Shown one piece after another: positions 14,001 to 27,900 of a stretch of DNA of 64,000 bases. The notes beneath the pieces are model-generated. The model saw nothing but the letters and a program-made list of their open reading frames with translations, searched no databases and was not told where the DNA came from. The translations under genes and the position numbers were made by a program. The stretch lies in NCBI RefSeq assembly GCF_009914755.1, contig NC_060948.1; one strand, 5' to 3'. The DNA comes from the human T2T-CHM13v2.0 reference genome, Homo sapiens. Position 1 is the first letter of the stretch. Every line of letters begins with the position of its first letter.

Positions 14001-17000
14001 CTAACCGAAAAGTCAGAAAACTTTGGTGCCAGTCCCAGCTCTATCGCATAATGCCTCTTGTGGACAATGTCCAGGCAGGTGAGGAGAGTCATATCACCAA
14101 AATGATGGGCTCAGAGATATGTCACAAGGCCTCCTGTTGAAATGGCCCAGGCAAGAGAGTCATGTCATTTGGATGCAGTGTTTAGAAATGCCACACTCTT
14201 CACTGAAAGGAGGTTCAGACAAATGGGGAACATCACATTACCTAGATGATGGGCCCATAGATATGTTATAGTTTTTTCTGAGGACCCTCTACAACAGGAG
14301 AGTCAAATCACCAAGGTTCTAGGTCCAGGTATATGTCAAAATGTCATATGCAGGCTATAATTAGGCAGGATTATTAAATCACTGAGGAGCTGGACCAAGG
14401 TGTATGTCACAATAGCACTGGTGGAAATGTTCAGGAATGAGAGTCACCATTCTGCACATCCTGGCTCCAGGTATAAAGTTGTTATTATTCCTTTGATCTG
14501 TCTCAGGTATATGGCATAATTTCACCTGTGGGCAAGGAGAAGAAAGGAAAGTCACATCACTTCAGTGGGTGCTGGTCCAGTGAAATGTCACAATCCTCCT
14601 TGTGGGCAAGACTCCTGGAAAAGAGTCACATCACCTGGATGCTGGTTTAAGTGATATATGAAAATCCACCCTAAGGACAGAGCTTAGGCTGGAAAGGAGA
14701 CAAAATTCACCTAAGCAATTGGCCTGGAGATATGTCACAATAGCCCCTATGTGCAGGACCAAGGCAGGAGCGTGTCCTCACTTTGGTGCTGGGTTCAGCA
14801 ACATTTCATAATCTCTCTAGTGGTTAGAGCTCAGGCAAGAGAGAAGAAACATCACTGAGGTGCTGAACCAAGTGTTATGTTACAAAGCTTCCTATTGGCA
14901 GAGCGCCACAGGAAAATGAGTCACATTACCTGAGTGCAGTACCCAGTTATGTGTCACAATGCACCATAAGTGCAGTGCCAAGGCAGTAGAAAGAAGTCAT
15001 ATCACTTATGTGATGGACCTAGAAAAAAGCCACAGTGCTGTCTGCAGGCAGGGCTCAGGCCAAGATTTTACATCAGCTGAATGCTGGTTTCAGTGTCATG
15101 TAAAAGTGCCCCCTGTCACGTTGCTAAAGGTGTTATATGTTGCTTGTTGCATGTATGTCACAATTTCAACTCTGCTCTGGGCCTAGAAAGCAGAGTCAAA
15201 ACACTCAGATGCTGGGCAAAGTCACACTTCTCATTCACACACTAAAAAGTGTTCAGAAATCAGTTTCACAGTCCCACACAAGTCTGAGCTTCATGCATGA
15301 GACTCAACATCTCCTATGACTGGGTCAAAGTACAGGAGTCACAATATCAACAATGGGCAAGATGCATGTATAAGAGCCCCAATCCCACTTGAAGATTGTG
15401 TGTCAGGATAAGAGTCAAATCACCAAAGGTCTGCTGAGTTGTGGTTCAAACATCGCCAAACCACCTATGGATCTGATTCATATATAAGGTAACAATTTCT
15501 AGCTTCAGCTGCTTATGGGAGGGAGATTTAGTAAATCATTCATAGGCCCTGTTTATAACAAACATGCCAGCTGGGTGTGCGTCCAAGAGTCACAATAGCA
15601 CGTGGTCACTGGTGCCTGTTATGACACCCTTTGTACCACTCAGGATTTATATGATATGCCTGACTAGGCTACTTTTCTGTGATTTCTTATAGGTGGGAGA
15701 TTTGGAATTTATCCGTGGCTGTAAGACAGACTATGAGAGTTAAAATATTCCCCCTGGCTGGGTTCATGTATGAGAGTTATTATTGTGCAAGTGTGCTGAT
15801 TTCTGGTATGTATCACAATTTTCCCTTTGGACAGAAACAAGGCATAAGAGTCACATCATTTGCATACTGAGCCATGGATACACTATAATCTCCTCTGTGG
15901 TAAGGAGCCAGTGACATGGGTCATATCACTGGGTACAATCTCAAATAATATGTCATCTTGACAACTGCATACAGGGTTGAAAAAATAGTGGATAGTTACA
16001 TCCTCTACGTGCTGGGCTCAGCAATATGATATAATCGCTGCTCTTAACAGAGTCCAGGACAAAGGGGAGAGTCACATCACCTGTGTTTTGCACTCAGGGG
16101 TATGTCACAATTTCATCAGTGGGCAGGATCCAGGCAGAAGAGGTGAGTCACATTACCTTGATGCTATATCTAGTGGTATGTCATAGTGTTCCCTGTGGGC
16201 AAGACACTGGCAGGAGAGACACATCACCTAGCAAACAGGACTAGAGATATGTGATAATATTTCCTGTTTGCTAGGTCCAAGAACAAGAGTACACATTATT
16301 ATGATCCTAACCCGGCGATATTTCAAAATCCACCTATGGTCAAGAATTTAAGCCACTAATCTCAACACCTAGGGTTACCAGGCATAGTGATATGACACAA
16401 TCTCCTTATCTTTTTGGGTGACACTTTTTACTGGTATGTATGTAAGTGTCACAATGTAACGTGTTCTGGGTCATTGTGTGACACATTCTACAATATTCAA
16501 AGGCTTTATGTAACATGCATGAGATTTGCAATCCATTCTGAGGCCTACATGCTCCTGTTGACTCACAATCTTATGTATTGCTTTAAATTCAGTTATGATA
16601 GACAACATCTCTCTTATAGGCTGGGTTCAGACAGGAGACCCATTATTATGTCTGTGATCTGAGTCCAGAACTGAATCACCATCTCAACTGTAGCAACACA
16701 CACATATGAAAGTCCCAATTCCATCTTTGTACTTTATTTACTTGTTAGACTGAGGACTTCAACAGTGGTCTTTTTAAATGTGGGATAATGAAATCTTCAT
16801 CTCTCTCCTGCATGACATGTGTAATCAAGAGTCACGATCTTAACCTTTTGCTAGGCCCTGTTATAAAACTCTGTGTACCAGCCAAAAAGTTTACAGAATT
16901 TGAATTAGTGTTGTCATATGTGAGCTTTATGCAAATATGCAACTTATAACCTTACCTATTGCCCTAAGTGTAGCAATGAGAGGCAAAGTGTCTACTATTG

Positions 17001-18641
17001 GTGCAATCCCAATATAAGTTTGATTATTATGCCTTTGAAATGAAGCAAGGTAAATTTCAAAATCCCATTTGTAGAAAAAAAAACTTGGCAGGAGGGTAGC
17101 ACAATTTAGGTGCTGTGTCAAGCAATATGTCACAATGCCCTCTCTAGGCATGATATAGAAGTGAGGGATCCATTAAATGGGGGCTGGACCCAGCAATATG
17201 ACACAATCCCAAATGTGGAAAAAAAAAAGAACCCAGACAAATGATGACACCAAAAACTCCTACTGAATGGGTCTATAATATGTAAAAATACTTTATGTTG
17301 CTCTGGCACAGGAAGGAGCGTTACATCATCAGGGTGAGGGGCCCAGCAATATGCCATAATTATCTCTTTATGCAGAACCCAGGTAGAATTGAAAGATTAT
17401 CTGGGTGCTGGGCCCTGCAATACCTCAAAAATCTTTTTCTTGGGCATGGTTGGGGAAAAAAGAGTCATAGTACCTAAGTATTGGGCTTAGCAGTATGTCA
17501 AATCACCCCATTGCAAAGACTCAGGCAGAAGAAAAGATTCACATCACTTAAGACACAGGCTCAGATATATGACCCAATGTCTCAAGTAAGGAGGGCTCAG
17601 GCAGAAGGGTAGAGTCATATCACATAGGGGCTTCCCTAGGTATATAACACAATCTAACATATGAGGTGAAAGCTGGCAAAAGAGCCACATCGCCTTGATG
17701 TGGGCTCTTGAGATATATCACACAAGCCTCCCTTAAGACAGCACCCATGCAAGAGTGTTATAACAAATAGGTGCGGGTTGTACCATTATGTCACAATGCT
17801 CCACGTGGGCAGGGCTCAAAAAGATAGTCAGATCACCTAGGTAATAGGCCAGAGATATGTTACGATATCCTTCTTAAGGCATGGCTCGGGCAAAAGAGTA
17901 CCATCACCTGTTTGCCTAGCCTAGTAATGTGTCACTATCAGGGTAAGCAGGGCCCAGGCAGGAGAGCAAAATCACCTAAGTGATAGTACCAGAGATTTGT
18001 CACAATGCCCTCATTAGGACACGGCTCTAATAAAAGATTACTGTCATCTACGTGCCTGACCCAGCCATATGATACTATCCCCCACTGTGTGCAGGGCCCA
18101 TTGTCATGAGGAGAGTTACATCACCTAAGTGGTTGTATGACATACGACACAGTGATATGTCACAATGATGTCTGTGGGAATGGCACAGGCAAAAATTTAA
18201 CATGACTTGGGTGGTGGACCTAGTGATATGTCATGACCCTTACCGAGAGCAGGACCCAGGCAGGAGAGTCACATCACCTAGATGTTGGACCAGGTAGAAA
18301 TCACAATAACAACCTCAGGCTGGAACCAGTCTGGAGAGTCAAGTCACACAGATGGTCAGCAAGGATGTTTTTTCAAAATGACACTGGGAGAAAATTCCTG
18401 AAATGAGATTTACACTACCACACATGTCTTGTTTTCATGAGTGAGAGCTGGCTTCACATATTTCAGACAGTGACAGTATTTACTGTCAGCTGGGTGTGTA
18501 TATGAGACTCACAATTTCACCTTTCTGCTGAATAGTGTTTTTACACTCTCTGTACAAGCCAAGGGCATTATAAAATATCTGAGGGTGTTATAATCTTCTT
18601 TGACCTTTTTTTTTTCTTTTTTACCAGAAAGAGATTTATGA

Positions 18642-18963
<322 letters not shown>

Positions 18964-21900
18964 AATTTACTCGTGTTTCTAAAGTAAGTTAGAAATGTCA
19001 AAGTTATTTTTATTTGTGGGGTCTACATAAAAGAGTCATTATACCTGTAAGTTGTGCCTATGTATAGGTCACAATTTACTCTGTGGTAATGAAATAGGCA
19101 TGACAGCTAAGTCATCTAAATGCTGAACCAGAAATTTTCCATTATTTTTCTTGTAGACAAGTTCCTTGCAGAAAAGTTTTGTAACTTGGGTGTTACACCC
19201 AGATGTATGGCATAATGCCCCTTGTGGGCAGTGTCTAGACAGAAGAGGAGTCTCATACCACCTAAATAATAGGCCCAGAGATATTTCACAATGTGTCCCA
19301 TTGAAAGGACCAGGCAAGAGAGTCATATCATTTAGATGCAGTGCTTAGAAAAGCTATAATCCCCAGTGGAAGCAGGGTCCAGGCAGGAGAGGAGAGTCAG
19401 GTAACTAGATGGTGGGTCCAGAGACATGTTACAATCTTTCCTTAGGATATTGTTAAGACAGGAGAGTCAAATCACCAAGGTGATCACCCGAGGTATATTT
19501 CCAAATCTCATTTGTGGGCTACACCTAGGCAGGATTATTAAATCACTCAGGAGCTAGGCAAAAGTATATATAACAATAACACTGGTTGAAAGTTCCAGGA
19601 ATGGGAATAACCATCTTGCATATGACCTGGGTCCAGATTTAAGAGTCGTGATTAGTCCTTTTGTCTGGTCTCAGGTATATGGCACAATATCACCTGTAAA
19701 CAGAGAGCAAGGAGGAAGGTCACATCACCTGGGTGGGTGCTGGTCCAGTGAGATGTAGTCATCTTTCTTGTAAGCAGGGCCTTGGAAAGAGTGTCACATC
19801 ACTTGGATGCTGGTTGCAGTGATATATCAAAATCCCCCATGTGGGCAGGGCTTAGGTAAGTGAGGAGACCCTCTTTACCTAGGCAATTGGCTTAGACATA
19901 TGTCACACTGGCCGCTATGTGCAAAACCAAGGTATAAAAGTGATCTCACCTGGTGCTGGGTTTAGCAATGTTACAATCTCCCCTTCGGTCAGGGTGATAC
20001 AAGAAAGGAGAAACATCACCTAGGTGCTGAATTAAGTGATATGTTACAAAGCTTTCTGTTGGCAGAACCCAAAATGCAGACTCACATCACCTGGGTGCAG
20101 TATCCAGTTATGTGTCACAATGCACTATAAGTGCAGGGCCAAGGCAGTAGAAAGCAGTCACATCACTTACATGATGAACTTAGATATAAGCCACAAAGTC
20201 TTTTATAGGCAGGGATAAGGCAAATATTTCACATCACATGGGTGCTGATCCCTGTAATATGTAAAATTGCCCTTTGTATGCACACCCAGGCATCTATACT
20301 TAGGTGTTTGGTCGTCAAATTGTTCAGGGGATCAGCTAACTTTTATGTCCTGACCACATGATAGTAAATATTTAGAAATAAGTTTCACAGTCCCACACAA
20401 GTTCTGGATTTTTGTATGTGAGTCAACACTTCCTGTGAGTTGGGTCAAAGCAGAGGAGTCACAGTCTCAACAGTGGGCAAGCTTCATGTATAAGATGCCC
20501 AATTCCACTTGAAGAATGTGTTCCAGCAGAGGAGTCACAGCCTCACAGATGTGCTCAATCGTGCATCACCAAACTACCCATATAGAAGAGGAGCAATTTT
20601 AACTTTTGACTGCTCTCTTTGTGAGGTTTAATGCCTTATTTGCAGGCCCTGTTCTTGTGAGAGAATGACTACCGGGTCAGCTGGCTGTGCATTCAAGAGT
20701 CACAATGATACTTCCTTCCTGTTCCCTGTTATAACACTGTTTTTACCACTCAGGCTTTATATAATATGCCAGAGTGTCATAATCCTCTGTGAACTTTATA
20801 CCATTAGGAGACCCAGTACTTTACTTGTGGCCATAAGACTGGCTATAGGAGTCAAAAAATCTCTCCTTTCTGGTTCTAGGTATGACAATTTTATTTGTGC
20901 ATGTGAGCTGAACCCAGTTATATGTCACAATTTAACCTGTGAGCAGAAGCAAGGTGGATTCTGAGCTCAGGATACATTATAAACTCCTTCAAAGGCAGGG
21001 CCAAGTCAGAAGAGTCACATCACCTGGGTACCGTATCAAGTACTACGGCATCATGTCCACTGTAGACAGGTTTGAAGAAAAAAAGGAGAGTCACACCACC
21101 TAGGTGCTGAGCTCAGCAATATGTAGTAATTACCTCTTTTGGCTGACTCTGGAACAAGGAGGAGAGTTGCATTACCTAGGTTTTGTACTCCGTCGTATGT
21201 CACAATTCATTCTGCGGTCAGGACCCAGGTAGGAGACGAGCGTCACACTTCCAGATGTTACTTCAAGATATGTCATAATGTTCCTTGAGGGTAAAGCATG
21301 GGCAAAATAGACAAATTACCTAGCTGATAGGCTCAGAGATCTGTGATAATATACATTTTTGGCAGGGCCCAGGTAGAGCAGTCACATTATTATGATTCTG
21401 AACCCAGGATATATCACAATGCAAACAAGGGAAACAATTTATGCAAAGGTTTTAACACCTGGGTACTAGGACCAGCGATAAGACACAATCTCCTCATCTT
21501 TGAGAGTGACACCTTTAACTGTTAGCTTGGTGTGTATATGAGTCACAATGTCACGTGTGTGCTGGGCCATGCTATGACACCCTCTGTAATGTCTGAGGGC
21601 TTTATATAGCATGCGTGAGAGTTGCAAACTACTCTGAGGCCCACATGCTTATATGAAATCACAGTCTTATATATTGCCTTAAGCACAGGTATGATAGCCA
21701 ACATCTCTTATTTAGGCTGATGTCAGGAATGTCTGTGAGCTTGGTCAAAAATGAGTCACAATCGCACATGTGGCCAGATCCATATATGAGAGCCACAATT
21801 TTATCTTTATATTCTTTTCACTTGTTAGACTCAGTACATCAACGGTGGGCTTTGTAAATGTGGGATAGTGACGACTTTTACTTTCACCTAGGTGTGTAAT

Positions 21901-24900
21901 TGACAGTCACAATCTTAACTCTTTGCTGGGCCTTGTTATGAAACCCTGTATCACCCAAGTAGTTTATACAAGACAAATTTGTGTTGTAAACTTCTGTGAG
22001 CTTTGAAGAAATTTCCAACCCAGAATTTTACATGTTGCCCTAAGCCTAGCGATGAGAGGCAAAATATCTTCTATTGCCTGAATCCTAATATAAGAGACCA
22101 TCATACCTGTAAGCTGTAGCAAGGTATATGTCATAATACCATTTGTGGGCAAAAAATTAGGAAAAAGAGTAACATCACATAGGCGATATGGCAATCGACA
22201 TGTCACAATGCCCTCTCTAGGCAGAACCTAGGAAGGAGTGTTACATTAACTGGGTGCTGCGCCCAGCAATATTACAGAATTCCACATGTGAAAAATATTA
22301 GCCAAGGGATAAGAGCCAAAACTCCTACAGAAAAAGCCGAAGACATGTCAAAAATACTCTCTGTGGCTCTGGCACAGATAGGACAGTACCATCATCAGGG
22401 TGCTCAGCTGACCATCTGCAATAATTTTATCTTTATTCAGGACTCTGGCAGAAAAATAACATCATCTGAGTGCAATAGGTCAAAATTTCTTTGCGGTCAC
22501 GGTTCAGAAAAAAGAGTAGAGTCACATGATGTAAATGTTGGGCTCAGAAACATGTCACAATCCCACCATTTTAAAGGCCCTGGTACAAGAGAGCCATATG
22601 ACTTTGGTCATGGGCTCAGAGATATATCCCAATGACCCCAGTAGGCAGGGCTCAGGCAGTCAAGGAGATTCATATCACCTAGGTGCTTCCTGAGGAATAT
22701 ATCACAATGTTACATGTGGGCAGAAAACAGACAGGAGAGCCACATAGCTTGGGTTCTGCATGCTGAGATATTTCACAAGGCTCTCTTAGAACAGCTGCCA
22801 GACAATGGAGTTACGTCACCTACATGCAGGTTCTCTGCCTATGCCACAATGCTCCATGTGGGTAGTGCCTAAGGAGGAATGGACTACACCTAGGTGATAG
22901 GGCCAGAGATATGTCACAAAGTCCTCTATGAGGCATGGCCCTGGCAAAAGAGTACCATCACCTGTGTGCCTGGCCTAGAAACATGTCACGCTCCAGGTTG
23001 GCAATACCCAAGCAGGAGAGCCACATAACCAGAGATACATCAGAATCCTCTCCTTTGGGCATGGCTTTGGCAAAAGAGTAGCCTCACCTGTGTTCTCAGT
23101 CTTGAATCATGTCACTACCTTTTCTTTGAGCAGGGCCCATTCCAGAGAGGAAAGTTACATCACCTATGAGGTGGACACAGAAATATGTCACAATAATTTT
23201 TGTGGGCATGCTGCAGACAAGAATGTAACCTGTGGCCAGAGAGTAGCCAAGAAAGTCACATCAGCTATGTGTGTGCGGGTCCAGTAAAATGTCACAATAC
23301 ACTTTGCGGGCAGGACCCTGGCAGAAAAGCCACATCACCTGCATGCTGCTTGCAGTGACATATCAAAACTCACTATGTGGGCAGAACTTTGGCAAGAGAG
23401 GAGAACCACTTAGCCTAGGCAACTGGTGCAGATATATGTCACAATGACCCTCATGTGCAAGACCAAGGCTGTAGAGTGACCACAACTTAGTGCTGGGTGC
23501 AGCAATATGTCACAATTTCCCCATGGTCAGGGCCCAGAGAAAATATGAAGAAACATCACCTAGGTGCTGAGCCAAGTGATATGTTCCAATGCTTCCTGTT
23601 AGCAGAGCTCAAAAAGGAGAATCATGTCACATGGGTGCAGCACCCAGTTATGTGTCACATTTCAGTGTAAGTGCAGGGCCAAGACAGTAGAAGGGACTCA
23701 CTACACTTATGTGATGTACCTAGATTTAAGACACAATTCTTGTAGGCAGTTTTCAGCAGATAATTTACATCACTTAGGTGATTGTCCCAGTGATATATAA
23801 AAGTGACCTTTGCAGTGGGAGTTCTGGAAACTATTATATGTTTCTTAGGTGCTTGTTTCACATATGGCAAAATCTAGTCTGGGATTAGAAAAGAGAGTCA
23901 GACGATTCATGTGCTAGGCAAAGTTACCTCTCCCTTTTATATTCTCAGAAAGATTTGGAAATAAGTTCCACATCCCACACAAGTATTTCTTTTGTGTAAG
24001 TGATTCAATTATTCTGTGAGTTGGGTTGAAGCAGAGGAGTTACAATCTCAGCAACGAGCAAGATTCATGTATAAGAGCCCCAATCTCACTTGAAGATGGT
24101 TTTCCAGTAGGGGAGTCAGCACTACAGGTGTGTTGAATCATGGTTCGTATGTTACCAAACCACCTGTGAATCAGATCCATGTATAAGAGTAATTATTTCA
24201 ATCTTTGACTGCTTTTTATGTGCATGATTTATTACCTCATTCCTAGGCCCTGTTCATGTGGGAGAATGTCAATCGTGTCAGCTAGGTGTACATACAAGTG
24301 TTCTCACCTCATTGCTGCTTTCTGTTATTACACTCTTTGTATCATTAAGGCTTTATGTGATATACCTGAGTGTTATAATCCTTCGTGAAATTTATACAAG
24401 TGAAAAGCCCAGGACTTTACCAATGGCTGTGAGACTGGCTGTGAGAGTCAGTTATCTCTACTGGATGGGTCCAGGTATGAGAATTATTATTGTGCATGTG
24501 TGCTTAAACAAGGTACATGTCACAGCTGGATCTGTGAGCAGAAAAAATGCCAGGAGAGTCACATCAGTTGGGTGCTGAGCCAGTTATATAGTATAATCTT
24601 GTTTGTAGTCTGGGGCTAATCAGAAGGGTAACATCACATCACCTGAGTGCTGAGCCAGTGATACAGTATATACTCATTTTTTGGCTGGGCCTAGTCAGAA
24701 GAGTCACATCACCTGGGTACAGCCTCAAACAGTATGTCACCAAGCCCACTAAAGACAGGAAAGAAGAAAAAGAGGAGTGTTCCACCACCTAGATGCTGAG
24801 CTCGGCAATATGTAATAATCCTTCTTTTGGAAGAGTCTAGAATATGAAGGAGAGCTACATCTCCTAGATTTTGCAATCAGCGGTATGTCACAACTTCTAT

Positions 24901-27900
24901 GGTGAGCAGGGCCCAGGCAGGAGAGGATAGTCACATTTTCTAAATATTATGTAAACCGATATTTCACAATGTCCCCTGGGGACAGGGCACAAAAAGAAGA
25001 GACAAATCACCTAGCTTATAGACCCAGAGATATGTGATAATATTCCCTCTTGGCAGCGTCAAGGCAGAAGAGTCACATTATTATGATTCTAACCCAGTGA
25101 TATGTCACAGTGAATCCATGGGAAGGAATTTAAGCCAAAAAGTCTCAACATCTTGGTAACAGGCTTCGTAATATGCCAGAACTCCTTGTCTTTCAGAGTG
25201 ACATGATTCACTGTGAGCTGGGTGTGAATATGAGAAACACAATCTCATGTGTTTCCTGGATCATTGTATCACACTCTACAACTTTCAAAGGCTTTATACA
25301 GCATTCGTGAGAGTTGCAAACCACTCTGAGGCCAACATGCTTGTATGGATTCATTATCTTATATACTGCCATAAACCCAGATACGATAGTCAACATATCT
25401 TCTGTAGGCTAGGTTCAGGGATGAGACCCCTTATTTTGCCTGTAAGCTGGATCCAGAAGTGAGTCACCCTCCCATTTGAGGCCAGATCAACATATGAAGA
25501 TCACAACTCCAATTTTGTTCTCTATTCACTTTTAGACTTAGGAACTTAATAGTGGGCTTTGTACATGTGGGATGGTGACGACATTTGCTTTCACCTGGGT
25601 GTCTAACGGAGAGTCCTAATCTAAACTTTTGATGATCTCTTTCATAAAACTCTCTTTACAACCCAAGAAATGTATACATTATGAGTTAGTGTAAAGTTTT
25701 TGAGTTTGATGCAAATATGAAACCCAGGACCTCATCTATTTCCCTAAGCCTAGTAATGAATGGCAAAATGTATCCTACTGGCTGAATCCCAGCATGAGTT
25801 TGACCATCATGCCTGTGAACTGAAGTAAGGTGTAGGACATAGTCCCATTTGTGGTCAAAAAGTGAGTCAGGAAGGTAACATCACTTGGGTGCTGTGACAA
25901 GCATCATGTCACAATGTCCTCTCTAAGAAGGGTATAGGGATTAGAGTAACATTAACTGGGTGTTGGAACTGCAATATGACAAAATCCCATATGTGGAAAA
26001 AGACAACCTAGAAATGAAAGCCAAAATTCCAACAGAATGGGCCCAGGATATATCACAATACCTTCTGTGGCTTTGGGTCAGCCATGAGAGTCACATTATT
26101 AGGGTGCTGGGCCCAGAAATATGCCATAATCCCTCATATGTGCAGGACCCAGGCAAAAGAGTAATGTTATCTGCATGCTTGGCCCTGCAATAGGTCAAAA
26201 TCTTTGTTTGTCTAATAACCCGAGTGCTGGGCTCAGCCATATGTCACCAATGTCACCATCCTCTCATTGTAAAGACCAGGCAGGAGAAGAGAGTCACTTC
26301 ACTTAGGTCATGGGCTCAGAGAAACATCCCGGTGCCCCTGTATGCAGGGCTCAGGTAGAAAAGAAGAGTTATATCACTTATATTCTTCTCTAGTTATATG
26401 TCACAATCTAACATGTGGGCAGAAACCAGGAAGAAGAGCCACATCACCTGGGTATAGCCTCAAGTAATATGTCACCATGCCCAATGTAGACATCTTCAAA
26501 GAAAAAAAAAAAAAAAAGAATTAGACCACGAGCATGCTGGGCTCAATAATATGTAATAATTCCCTCTTTTGGCAGAGTACACAACAAAGAAGAGAGCCAT
26601 GTCACCTAGACTTTGTGCTCAGTGGTATGTCACAATTTCTTCAGTCAACAGGATCCATCCAGGAGAGGAGGGTCACATTACCTAGATGCTATATGTAGCA
26701 ATATGTCACAGTGTCCCCTGTGGGCAGGGCACTGGCAGGAGGGAAATGTCACTTAGCCAATAGATGCAGAGATATGTGAAAATATCTGCTCTTTGCAGGG
26801 CCAAGATAGAAGAGTCACATTGTCATGGTTCTGATCCAGTGATATGTAACAATGACCTCATGGAAAAGAATTTAAACCAAAAAGTCTCAATACCGGTATA
26901 CTAAGCCAAGGGATGTGGCATAATCTCCTCATCTTTAAGCATGACATCATAAACTGTTATCTAGTTGTGTATATGACAGTCACAATCTCCCAAGTGTGCT
27001 TGCCATTGTATGATACTCTCTACAACATCTGAAAACTTTACGCAACAGGCATGAGTGTTGCAAAACTTTCTGTGGGCTACATGTTTATATGGACTCATAA
27101 TCTTACATATTGCCCTAAACTGAGGTATGTCAGGCAACATGTCTCCTACAGGCTGGCATCAGGGTTGAGACCATTATTAGGCCTGTGAGATGGGTGTAGA
27201 AATGATCCACCATTTCACCTGTAGTCAGATTCACTTATGAGAGTCACAATTCAAACTTTCGGTTCTATTGACTTGATCAATTCAGGACTTCAGCAATAAG
27301 CTTTGTGAATGTAGGATATGAGTTAATGTTGTAAAATTCTGTGATCTTTGAACAAATATGAAATGAAGGTCCTTAACTATTGACCTAAACCTAGGGGTAA
27401 AAGGTAAAATGTCCCCTATTGGCTTAATCCCACAATAAGCTTGATCATCATGCCTTGGAGCTGAAGCAAAGTGTATGTCATAATCCCATTTGTGGGCAAA
27501 AAACTAGGCAGAAGGTTAACACCATTTAGGTGTTGTGCCAAGCAATATATCATAGTGCCCTCCCTAGGCAGAGCCTAAGAAATGGGGTCACATTAACCGG
27601 GGGCTGGAACCCACAATGTGACACAAAAATACGTGGAAGAAACCCAGCAAACTGGTTAGTGCCAAAGTACCTACAGAATGAGCAAAAGACATGTCAAAAT
27701 ACCTTCTGTGGCCCTGGCATGGACAGAAGAGTCATATTCTTAGGGTCCTGGGTCAAGCAATATGCCACAATTCCCTCTTTATCCATGAGCTAGGCAGAAG
27801 AGTAATATTATCTGGGTGTTGGGTCCTGATATACAGCAAAAGCCCTGTTCATGGGCACTCTTTAGCAAGAACATGAGAGTCACACAACCTAAGTACGGGG

